Shown one piece after another: positions 1 through 13,405 of a DNA stretch of 64,000 nt. How positions within the stretch are numbered: position 1 is the first letter of the stretch; each line of letters begins with the position of its first letter. The stretch lies in NCBI RefSeq assembly GCF_009914755.1, contig NC_060932.1; one strand, written 5' to 3'. The stretch is from the human T2T-CHM13v2.0 reference genome, Homo sapiens. The notes under the pieces were generated by a model. It made no database searches and was not told where the DNA came from. It worked only from the letters and a program-made list of their open reading frames with translations. Made by a program: the position numbers and the translations under genes.

Positions 1-240
1 CACTTGAGGTCAGGAGTTCGGGACCAGCCTAGCCTACCTGGTGAAACCCCAGCTCTACGAAAAATATAAAAATTAGCCAGGCTTGGTGGTGGGTGCCTGT
101 AGTCTCAGCTACTTGGGGGGACTGAGGCAGGAGAATCACTTGAACCCAGGAGGCAGAGGTTGCAGTGAGCCAAGATCGCACCACTGCACTCCAGCCTGGG
201 TGACAGAGTGAGACTCTGTCTCCAACAACAACAACAAAAA
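1..240 (+). mobile_element. Alu (cut by the window edge)
   Basis: Alu consensus with (CAA)n tail. Confidence 0.93.
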
Positions 241-424
241 TCAACTATTAAATCAGCACTTTTACTTCATAGTTTCCTATGAGTTTTAAAAACTAAGTCT
301 TTCAGGAAAAACTATCTTCAGTCATTTTTAAAAACATTCAAGAGCTAAATATGTAAATTATTTCAATGTGAAAACAGGAAAAACCACATTAAAGAGCCTT
401 AAAATGATATAATTATAACTATAT

Positions 425-530
425 ATACCAGTTTGCCTATGATAGTGCCAGTTTAAGCCTATTGGCTAAGCCTAACTATTAATTTCACTCAAAAACGTCC
501 CTGTTCAGACAATAAATTATATGGCCATCA
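425..530. mobile_element. MER94-like hAT fragment
   Basis: GTCCCTGTTCAGACAATAAATTATATGGCCATC terminal motif. Confidence 0.45.
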
Positions 531-1676
531 CAGATTAAAGGGAAGACTCCATATTTTCACTAAGAAATGCATCACCATTTTTTTCCACAAGCAAGTACTA
601 TTACAAGCCTGATCAGAAATAGTATCCAAGTACACATCTGCTCCTGGGCAGACCTTACAAGTATCTCAAACTCATATCTCCATGAGAGGTAGATAAGCTA
701 CGTAAACAAGGGAAGCCAAGATAACAGGGAAGACAGGAGACTATCTGCCTATCTAAAAACACTCAAATTCTTTTCTATAAGCACTGCTGATTTAATCCAT
801 TACACCACCAGCAGCTGCCAGTTTACAATCTCTGCTACACAAGCCCTCCATTGAGTTTAAAGACAACCGTCAAAATATCTCTCCAGTTTCTCCATTCACC
901 TGACTGTTACCATAGAGAATACAGGTATTCCCACTCTGGCCTGCTGTGTGCAGTGTTTTCTCCTATCAGAATCCAAACCACCTACCAGTCCCCGTACGTC
1001 AATCGCCATTAACATTCCTCTAACCAGCTCACTATCTATATAAAGATTAATGTGTTAAACTAAGCATATTCTAATAGAGGTCTATTGGTAGTCACAAAAG
1101 ACAGTACTGGAATCAGTTGATTCCTTTTATCTATAATTACAGTGAGCAACATAATTTTTAATATTAAACTAACAAGTACTGGGAAAACCTGTTTCTACTT
1201 TCTGTGGTTTGCTTATCAAATTAATCCTACAATTTTGATCCCGTTATACAGTTCTCAAGGTACACAGAATGACTCAAAATGAACTAAGGATATCATACCT
1301 AGTATGGAATTAGTCCACAGCTTGCAAACTTAAAGCCCATGGGCCAAGTCTTGTCCATATAGGTGGCTGGTTTAAAATGTGTATTTATCATCAAAAACAA
1401 GGAAAAGTCTGAGAAACGGTCACAGTCAAGAGGAATCTAATGAGAAAGGGTGACTAAATATAAAGTGGAATCCTGGATGGGATCTTAGAACAGAAAAAGG
1501 GCATTATGAAAAACTAAGGAAATGTGAATAACCTATGGATGACTTTAGTATCACCACTCATTAATTGTAACACATGTACCATACTAACATTAGATTTTAA
1601 TAATATTGGAAACTAGACATGGGGTACATGGGAACTCTCAGTATGATGTTTGAAATTTTGTCAATCTAAAACCATA

Positions 1677-2067
<391 letters not shown>

Positions 2068-2760
2068 TCAATTAGTCCCAACATTTAAGATAAGAGATTA
2101 TCACACAATCCAGATTTGCAGGTTTTCTTGGGACAAAATAAGGCAGGGAGGGACACAAGGATTTGAATTTGCCAACCATGGCCCTGTATTCTCCTATAGA
2201 CAAAACCAGTTTACCAGCAGCCTCCTTGAAAAATGGGGAATCCAGTTTGTCAGAATCCTGCTACAAACTGTCTTACCCACCTGAAGGGGGCCTTCAACTA
2301 TTTGCAAGTAAAATTATACATTTCAATTCACGTACTATTAGCTCAGATTAAACCCTAAAGGAATATGGTAGCTCAAATCAACGAAAAGCAGCTTATACCT
2401 ATCATCTATTGTTCAACGGTCACAAGTAACAGAATAGGAACTTTCGATACAGGTCCATTTTCACCTTACTATTTATTAAACAAAAATAAACTCCCTTCTC
2501 TACCCCAAATAAATCTGGTGCTCTTACCCTTAAGCTGGTTTAAAATGAGTTTAAAAAAAATACCTAGGAGATTTTTGAAATACCTTGCAGGATAAACTTG
2601 AAGTAATTACTAAAGAAAGAAAACAGTAGCAGCTAGAAATCTTTAGCACACAAATCTGACAATTAGCAAAATCTTCTAAGGAAAAAACATTAAATGGATC
2701 AGTATGTATTCCTAAAAATAATCAGTCAAAATAAATGATCAATTCTCAATTATCCATGCT

Positions 2761-3067
2761 GGCCGGGCATAGTGGCTCATGCCTGTTACCTCAGCACTTT
2801 GGGAAGTTGGGGCAGGCAGACTGTTCAAGGTCAGGAGTTAAAGACCAGCCTGGGCAACATGGCAAAACCCTGCTCTACCAAAAATACAAAAATTAGCAGG
2901 GTGTGGTGGGGCATGCCTGTAGTCCTAGCTATTTGGGAGGCTGAGGTGGGAGGAACACTTGAGGCTGCGAAGTCAAGGCTGCAGTGGGTCAAGATCACAT
3001 GACTGCAATCCAGCCTGGGCAACAGAGGGAGATCCTGTCTCTCAAAAAAAAAAAAAAAAAAAAAAAA
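2761..3067 (+). mobile_element. Alu (AluJ-like)
   Basis: Dimeric Alu with poly(A); TSD ATCCATGCT. Confidence 0.92.
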
Positions 3068-3959
3068 TCCATGCTAAAAAACTGTACCAATAATCCCAAA
3101 CTCTTTAAAAATGTGGCTCTCAAAGAGACTATTCACTTCCTGATCCAGGACAACTCCCAGCAGCAAAAGTGAGCAGGCCTAGACTCTGCAGGACAGGAGT
3201 GAGGACCAAGGTCTCTGGGGACAGTCTCTTTCATATTGCATTGTATTTGGTAAATCTGTGGTTTAAAGACTCCCCTTTGAGGACACAAGATTTGCCTGTC
3301 CTAGATTCCCCAATACATGTTATAAATTGCAAGCTTCTCTAAAGTTAATTGTAATTAACACAGAAATTGAAAAAAAAAAAAAAAGAGCAATGTACAAATC
3401 AAGGAAACACATTTACTATAAAGGAAAATATGTGTGACTGTAAAAAAAAAATTTGATTTACAAAATAACTTAATCACAATTTCACCTTCAACAAACTGCA
3501 AAGATTTTTCATACAGCCCAAGAGAAACAATCAGAATTTAACTGCTTATACTTTGTAAACATCTGCAAACTCAAATATAAGTAAACAAATCACTGGCATC
3601 AAGTTGGTCAGGAGGCACTATGACATTTTACAGTATTGCAATCATGGACCTAATGCTTAAAGAACGCTTACACAGTCTGTTCTGGCAGAGAGAACAGAGG
3701 CACAAAGAGGGGTTTACGGGGAGTGTAAGAAATGGGTAAGGGGACTCAGAAAACTAAGGATTCTGTCTGCATTTTAAAGTCTTAAAATTAGCCCTAATCT
3801 TCTTCAGAGTAGGTCTACAGAGGTTTTATTCAAACATTATTATATTTGTTGTATATTTTTATTAACAAAGTCACAAAATTCTACCATCCTACTTTAGTCA
3901 TTCTGTCATACATTCTATTATAATTGGTTATTTCCAAGTTTTAAGAGGATTTAAGCCTA

Positions 3960-5760
<1,801 letters not shown>

Positions 5761-5761
5761 A

Positions 5762-6086
<325 letters not shown>

Positions 6087-6144
6087 AACTAAATAGAGTA
6101 TAGGATTAGGAACAAATGCCAGTATATAAACTGATAAGCAAAAC

Positions 6145-6335
6145 CTGGGATGAGCAGACTTTTACTGTAAAGGGCCAAATCATAAATAGTTTATGCTTTG
6201 GAGGCTAGTCTGTCCCAACTACTCATCTCTGCTGTTATAGTACAAAGACAGCCACAGATAATAAGTATGGCTGTCTTTCAATAAAAACTGGGGTGGCTGG
6301 ATTTGGCATGCAGGCTATACTTTACTGATCCTTAA
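6145..6335. mobile_element. MER58A-like hAT MITE
   Basis: GCAGACTTTTACTGTAAAGGGCCAAAT..CAACTACTCATCTCTGC..AAAGACAGCCACAGATAATA. Confidence 0.7.
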
Positions 6336-6674
6336 ACTAAACAAAAAAATGTTCATCTTTAAGAAAGGTACTATTTGGCAACAGTATAACCGGTAATACT
6401 TATTCTTAAATATAATCAAAAATTTTTCAGTTTTATCACATGAAATAAAATTTCATGTTATTACATGCTATTTTCAGAATTCTTTATCATATACTGTGTG
6501 CCTAGGACCATTAAAAGAGCACATATAACATTTTAATAAAGACAAGAGCTATATTTAGTATAGCTAAAGGATGTACTCAACTAAAAACTTTCCTCACATT
6601 CTAAAATAAATTTAGTTCAGCATGAAAACACAAACGCAAAGAAAGTAATCATTTTGGTATCCCCCCCACAACCC

Positions 6675-6984
6675 TTTTCTTTTCTTTTTTTTTTTTTTTT
6701 TTGAGACGGGGGTCTCTCATTTCCATTGCCCAGGATGGCATACAGTGGCATTATCATGGCTCACTGCAGCCTCAACTTCCTGGGCTTAGATGATCCTCCC
6801 ACCTCAGCCTCCTGGGTAGCTAGGACTACAGGCATGCGCCACCACATTCAGCTACATTTTTGTATTTTTAGTAAAAATGGCATTTTGCCATGTTGCCCAG
6901 GCTGGTCTTAAACTCTGGGACTCAACAGATCCACTCACCTTGGCCTCCCAACGTGCTGAGAGGTGTAAGCCACCACACCCAGGC
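6675..6984 (-). mobile_element. Alu (AluJ-like)
   Basis: Poly(T) followed by reverse Alu. Confidence 0.9.
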
Positions 6985-7280
6985 CCAATTTTCAAATCTA
7001 ACTTTTACTTTACCTACCAATTTGTGGTCTGGAGGGAAAAAAGCCAAACACTTCCTCCTCCATTTAATTATATTTTGAAACTAGTTACATTGCTTCTAGT
7101 TTTCTGTGATCAGCCTTCAAACACGTGGTGACTGAAGTAGCATAATCTAATCATTAACTGGGTATTTTCAGAAAATCTGGCCATTCAAGAATCAAGGTAT
7201 AAAATGAGTAAAAGCACCTGACTTGAAATTTGTATATGGTTTCTTTAGTTTAACAGTATATAAACTTTAGATAAAAGTGT

Positions 7281-7412
7281 CTGAGTGCAATGCCTCAGAC
7301 GTGTAATCCCAAAACTCTGGGAGGCCAAAGCAGGAGAATCACTTGAGGCCAGGAGTTCAAGACCAGCCTGGGCAACACAGCAAGACCCTATCTCTAGAAA
7401 AAAATAAAAGTA
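7281..7412 (+). mobile_element. Alu left monomer / FLAM
   Basis: Single monomer with A-rich end. Confidence 0.8.
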
Positions 7413-7498
7413 ATAAATAACGTTTAATTACATCATTTACAAACTTCATTAAACTGATTCAGAAAGAACTACCAGAGTTGGATGCCAGAAATAAATAA

Positions 7499-7648
7499 AT
7501 AGGATCAGGAACAAACGCCAGTATATAAATTGACAAGCAAAACCTGGGATGAGCAGACTTTTACTGTAAAGGGCCAAATCATAAATAAGTTTATGCTTTG
7601 GAGGCTAGTCTGTCCCAATTACTCATCTCTGCTGTTATAGTACAAAGA
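7499..7648 (+). repeat. Direct duplicate of 6100-6248
   Basis: ~150 bp, about 5 substitutions and 1 indel by eye. Confidence 0.92.
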
Positions 7649-7984
7649 ATAAGTTGTACCAAGAATAAGTTGTAAGAGAGGACCAAAGATAAAATCATTT
7701 AAAATTTTAAATGAAATAAATGGCGTGACATTATAAACATATGTAAACATTATATACATTTTTTAAAGGTCAAGAGCCTAGATTAATTGTAATTAGCCTG
7801 TGTGAGTTATTTTTATCATGGTGGCTCACCCTGAGCAATATGAACTTCCTGCCCAGAGTTCAGGAGAATTTTCTCACTCCATCACTAGATAGAATATTGA
7901 AGATGATCATTCAGACTGAGAGCACTCACAGGAAGATGATACAGACCATCTGTAAGATGGTGCCTTCAACTGGCCACAACTTAC

Positions 7985-8104
7985 CCTAAGGTGTTGCCTG
8001 CCAGCCTGCCTAGAGTCTCAGAACCTGAGAGAAACCATGGAGAGTCGCTTGTCCTACCAGGCCTTGACGTCCTCCCTGCCCCCGAGTTGCTGTTCAACTT
8101 TGAC
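7985..8104 (-). CDS. UBR5: UBR5 exon 5 (120 nt, G-SKLNSNSGAGRTSRPGRTSDSPWFLSGSETLGRLAGNTL-G); gene continues past the window start
   Basis: Acceptor TTTCCCCCAG|G, donor AGG|GTAAGT; frame continuous. Confidence 0.97.
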
Positions 8105-8502
8105 CTGGGGGAAAGCAAGAGGTAAATTTTTGAAGACCAACATTTTTTACAACCCTGTTATTTCAAATTGCATTGCTTAATTTGGAAATGATCTATAAAA
8201 TCATTTCAGTTAAAGAGCAGATTTGACTTGGTACCTACTAAACACGTAATATCATTCTTCTGGTAACCTGTTTCTGTTAAGTGATAACTGACTCCTCTGC
8301 TACTTTTAATGTTAGTACTTTGGGCTGTGAATCATCGCTTGCATAAAGATTAAAATTAAACTAGAAAGCAATAGTTTCACTGTTTTAAAAGATCTAATTT
8401 TCTGTGATGCTTTAAGTTGAGGGTTACCAAAATCAAAACACAGGTTTAATATAATACCTAAGAGCTAAATACATATTAAATAGAAAGGACATAATATCTT
8501 AC

Positions 8503-8579
8503 CCATCATTATTATCAGGTTTACCCAATTCCAATCTGTCTGGCTGTACTGAAAAACCAATCCTGCAAACTCTACCATC
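8503..8579 (-). CDS. UBR5: UBR5 exon 4 (77 nt, DGRVCRIGFSVQPDRLELGKPDNND-G)
   Basis: Acceptor GCTTTTAG|G, donor TGG|GTAAGA; frame continuous. Confidence 0.97.
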
Positions 8580-9038
8580 CTAAAAGCAAAGAAAACAGAA
8601 AAAATTATCCAAGTAAAAATGTGTATTAAAATTTGAATTTATTCAACAAAGAGATTCTGTGCCCATCACTGTCAATTCAGAAGACGATAAATAAACTTCC
8701 TTCCAAAAGGTGCTTACACCTGAGATGGGGAAATATGACATACATAACATTATCAAGAAACCAGTCGAAAATAATTTACAACATCTCAATCTGACAAAAT
8801 TCAAAGTAAGAAAATGACTGGATTTAGGAGACTCCCCTATTCTGTTACTAATTAGTTTCACACTCTGGCAAATCATGTAAGCTTTCTCTGGGCCAGAGGA
8901 GGAAAGAGAACTGGGAGCTCTTCAAGATAACTTTCAAGTAACTGCTGTTTTCCTGTTATAATGGAAGAGATACAATGATGCACAATTCTATTTTAACAGT
9001 TTATTTTTCATTTCTGTATCTTAGAGTGAATAATTTAC

Positions 9039-9120
9039 CTCAAGAAGAAAGGCAGCATGATTTGGTCCCACCACACACTGTTTAATAGTAGCCTGTTCCA
9101 ATACATTCAAAGGGGGGTGG
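9039..9120 (-). CDS. UBR5: UBR5 exon 3 (82 nt, S-HPPLNVLEQATIKQCVVGPNHAAFLLE)
   Basis: Acceptor TATCTCTCAG|C, donor GAG|GTAAAT; frame continuous. Confidence 0.97.
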
Positions 9121-9495
9121 CTGAGAGATAAAAAAAGAAAAAGTTAAATTATTTTTTAATGGTAAATACATCATAGGGTTTACTCTTAAATACAATTAGA
9201 AAAAAAAAGTTGGCAAAACCTATTTTTTAAACTAATATTTACTTTAAAGCAATAATTGAAAAATAATATCTCCATAATCATTTATATCTCCCTGTATGCC
9301 AGATTTAAAAAAAAAAAAGCATGAATGCAATCTATAATTCAAATAAGCCCAACCCATAAAAAGTTGACAGATTAAAAGATTCTTAAAGTCTAATAATCAC
9401 ATTAATCTTAATCATATCAGGCTGCCGCCTAAATGAGTTTTTTCTTAATAAAGAAAAATTGTTGTCAGAAGATTTAAATATTTTAAAACTCTTAC

Positions 9496-9540
9496 CTGTT
9501 TAAATTATATTTGTTCAGCTTCTCAGAAACTTCTCGTAAC
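9496..9540 (-). CDS. UBR5: UBR5 exon 2 (45 nt, R-LREVSEKLNKYNLN-S)
   Basis: Acceptor ..TTTTAAAG|G, donor CAG|GTAAGA; phase 2-2, continues the exon 1 frame. Confidence 0.97.
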
Positions 9541-10769
9541 CTTTAAAACAAAACATTAACAAACCACGTGTACAGATCTTTTGTAAACAAATACTTCTGA
9601 CAGGTACTTGTACCATTATTTTGGTAATTTCCAATAGTAGTACACAAAACAACTGCTATGGTAAGAATGTTTTTCATATTTTCATTTTTGTCCCGAAAAG
9701 ATCACAAGCAGACTCTGCAATTCCGTTCCCTCACCACCCCATTTGCAACCTCAGTAACAATGATAATCGTATTAATCCCATTTTCCCATTAATCCCAGGT
9801 GAGAAAACTGAAGCTTCTAGAGTTTATAGAAAAGGTAGCATAAAGTTGGTAGCTGAACCAATGCCCAACCAAAGGCTCAATTGTTTAAAAAAACAAAACA
9901 AAACAAAAAACTGTGTTATCCATGTCAAGAGATTCTTGAGTGCACATGGATATCATGAAATGAAAACAGAAAGCCTAATTGACTTAAGGTATCATCTCAA
10001 GTTCTTGAACGGTCTTATAGCACAAAATTGAACAAACCAGATCATCAATGTCCTTATCTATATAAAGTAAGGATAACACCTCCCATTTCTAACAGCATTT
10101 AAAACAGTACTGAACAGATTTAGAAAAACCCCAAAGGGCTACATAACAAAGAGATATTAACTTGTATTTTCTGTTATGATTTTGTTGTTTCTCTTAAGAA
10201 AACAGTCTTGAATGTAAAACACTATAATAGCTAAATTAAACTAGGTATTTTGTCAACCTAAGAAAGTCATTTTACAATGTAAAGATATAATCAAATGCAG
10301 AGATTTTAAGCAATTCTATTAAGTTATCAAAAAAAACACTGCCTGATCTGATCTTTTAAAACCGTTTTCCAGAAATAATTCTTGTAAAAGTAAACTGAGA
10401 ATTTTAGAAAGCAATGGGAAAAATCAGAACATTAAATCAATAGAAAAGTCCATGAATTCTGCTCTCTAAAGAGTCACAAAAATGAATAAAATCAAATTTC
10501 AATCATTTGTACTAACAGACAAAAATGTTATACATACTCCAAAAATAAATGACGTTAAAGCCAGTTTAGGGCTTAAAAACTGCCACAAAGCATATATAAT
10601 CTAACTTAATTATTTCAGTAAGAGAAAATAACCTAATTATTTCAGTAAGAGATTCAATTAGGAGTCAGCTGTTCTATAACTTTATCCTATAAGTTCTATC
10701 ATCCTAGTGAACAGCATCTTTCAAAGGCGTACAGTAACTGTCTAATATTGAATTGCATTCAGTAACTGA

Positions 10770-11064
<295 letters not shown>

Positions 11065-12090
11065 TGAAGTAACTTTCAAATGCGGCCATATTTTATTTCT
11101 CTCTGAAGAAGTAGATACTTACTGGTGACCTTATTCTCACTCCTAAAGAACAGCATCTGATCATTTGTGATTTGGCCCCCAGAAAAATACATTTTCATTT
11201 TTGTAGCCCAGTTTTGCATTTACTTCCATTAACAAAACATGTTTTCATTAGTTCAAGAAAGTTAAGCTTTTTCAAAGAATTCCAGTTTGCCCATTTACAA
11301 AGCACACTTCTGTGTTCCAAGATAAAACACCTTAAGGGTAATGTATTGTGGAACCCATGAGCTCTAAGAGAAGGCTGACTAGAAAATAGGGAGAAGATAA
11401 ACAAGGGTGGGTCTGCTCTGCAGAGTAACAGCAGCCTTTAGAAGACCCCAAGAAGCAGCAGGAGCTCTCACTTCCCCGGGTCCACATTTACTATGAGTAA
11501 CCACAGTAGTGACACTTTCAGAAGATAACTTGTTCACTGGCATGCAACTAAACTCATTCATTTCCATTCCTTTGTTAGTAGCTCAAAACTTGTCTCCAGA
11601 GCTCTCGCAAAATATATAGCATTGGGAGAGAAAAATAATTGTCAAGGCCTTTTTCAAAACCGGACAATGCCTGAGATTAAGAATTAAATGTTGTTTCCAC
11701 GTCTCCAAATATTCCAGACAATTATTTGTAAAACTAAAGTAAGCTTCGAGGATATGAGAATGCTAAAAAATATTTAAACTCAAGAACTCAACAGCGAATT
11801 TCAGGCTATCTGGGGAGATAGCACAAATGGTTACTGCTATCAATTAAATTTTCTAATCTTAAAAGTCCTGGTGAGACCCCTAACCACATCTGAAATACAT
11901 GTCTGAAATGCACATCAATTTGTACTGGAAACAATGCCACCGAATAGCAAGAAATCCGGGGTTTACTCCCAGCTCATCTACTACTACCTGGACTCACTAA
12001 AAGTCCACTAGGTCTCAAGTTCTCATCTATGTGAGGAAGAACTCTTTTAGTCATCTCCGGTTCTGAAAATTCTTATTCCTGAAATTCTTA

Positions 12091-12395
12091 TTTTTTGTTT
12101 TTTTGCCTCTTTTGAGACTGGGTCTCACTCTGTCGCCCAGGCTGGAGTGCAGTGGTCCAATCGTGGCTCACTACCACCTCAATCCCCCAGGCTCAATCTA
12201 TCTTCCCGCCTTAGCCTCCTGAGTAAACAGAACTACAGGTGCGCACCATCTCACCCAGCTAATTTTTGTATTTTTTGTAGAGACAGCGTTTTAGCACGTT
12301 GCCCAGGCTTGTCTTAAACTCCTGGGCTCAACGGATCTACTTGTCTTGGCCTCCCAAAGTGCTGGGATTACAGGCATGGGACATAGTGCCCAGCC
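12091..12395 (-). mobile_element. Alu (AluJ-like)
   Basis: Reverse Alu; TSD TCCTGAAATKCTTA. Confidence 0.9.
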
Positions 12396-13096
12396 TCAGT
12401 CCTGAAATGCTTATGAATATATGAAAAGCAAGTGTATCAATGGAAGATATATACGTAATGTTTACAATGAAATAGCACTATCATATTCAATTTTTATCGT
12501 ACCCATTTGAAACTTTCAAATGGATTTTATACAGACATTTAGATTGCTTCCCCAAATATCAAATTTTAAAAAACTCTTAAATTCAGTCCACAGATTTACA
12601 CAAAATGTATCATCCTTTCAAATCTCAAGAGAGTTATGACTAAACTGGGCCCTACAAATTAGTTTATATGAATCCAGATAACAGTAACAAATAAATCTTC
12701 ACCCCAAAAAAATAAACTATATTTAAGAAGTATTTGATTATCTTTTACATTAGAGAGTCCTCAGTAGACAGGCAAATCAAAGAATCACTGCAGGCCTGTG
12801 ATAACATTCGTTTAAATTTGCTAAATTATCCATGCTGTTCCCCTCCTTTAGCCAAAAAAAAAACTGAAGTTTTTTTAGTTTGCTAATTATTCTATACAAC
12901 AGAGATTCACCTACTTTAAAGGATCTTCATACAATGTTTACGATAGGCAGTATTAACAAAAGTTTACCCTCTCTTTAAAATAAAAAGAAACTCACACTGA
13001 AGCTCACCAAATTCCATTTCAGAATAAATTTTTACACGTGGTTATGATGAAAAACAATTTTAAGAATACAGCATGACATTAGAATATAACCTCACT

Positions 13097-13405
13097 GGCC
13101 AGGCACAGTGGCTCATGCCTGTAATCCCAGCACTTTGGGAGGCTGAGGTGGGCGGATCACCTGAGGTCAGGAGTTCAAGACATGCCTGACCAACATGGCT
13201 AAGCCTCGTTTCTATTAAAAATTCAAAAATTAGCCGGGTGTGGTGGTGCACGTCTGTAGTCCCAGCTACCCGGGAGGCTGAGGCAGGAGAATCGCTTGAA
13301 CCCGGGAGGCAGAGAGCCAGGATCAGTGAGCCGAGATCGCGCCACCGTGCTCCAGCCTAGGTGACAGAGCAAGACTCCGTCTAAAAAAAAAAAAACACAA
13401 AGAAA
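13097..13405 (+). mobile_element. Alu (AluS-like)
   Basis: Full-length; TSD ATAACCTCA. Confidence 0.92.

Noticed and set aside
10602-10652. 26-bp tandem duplication (similar ones at ~18710-18750 and ~31148-31186)
   Set aside because: Ordinary slippage duplications without unique spacers; not CRISPR-like, and no functional signal
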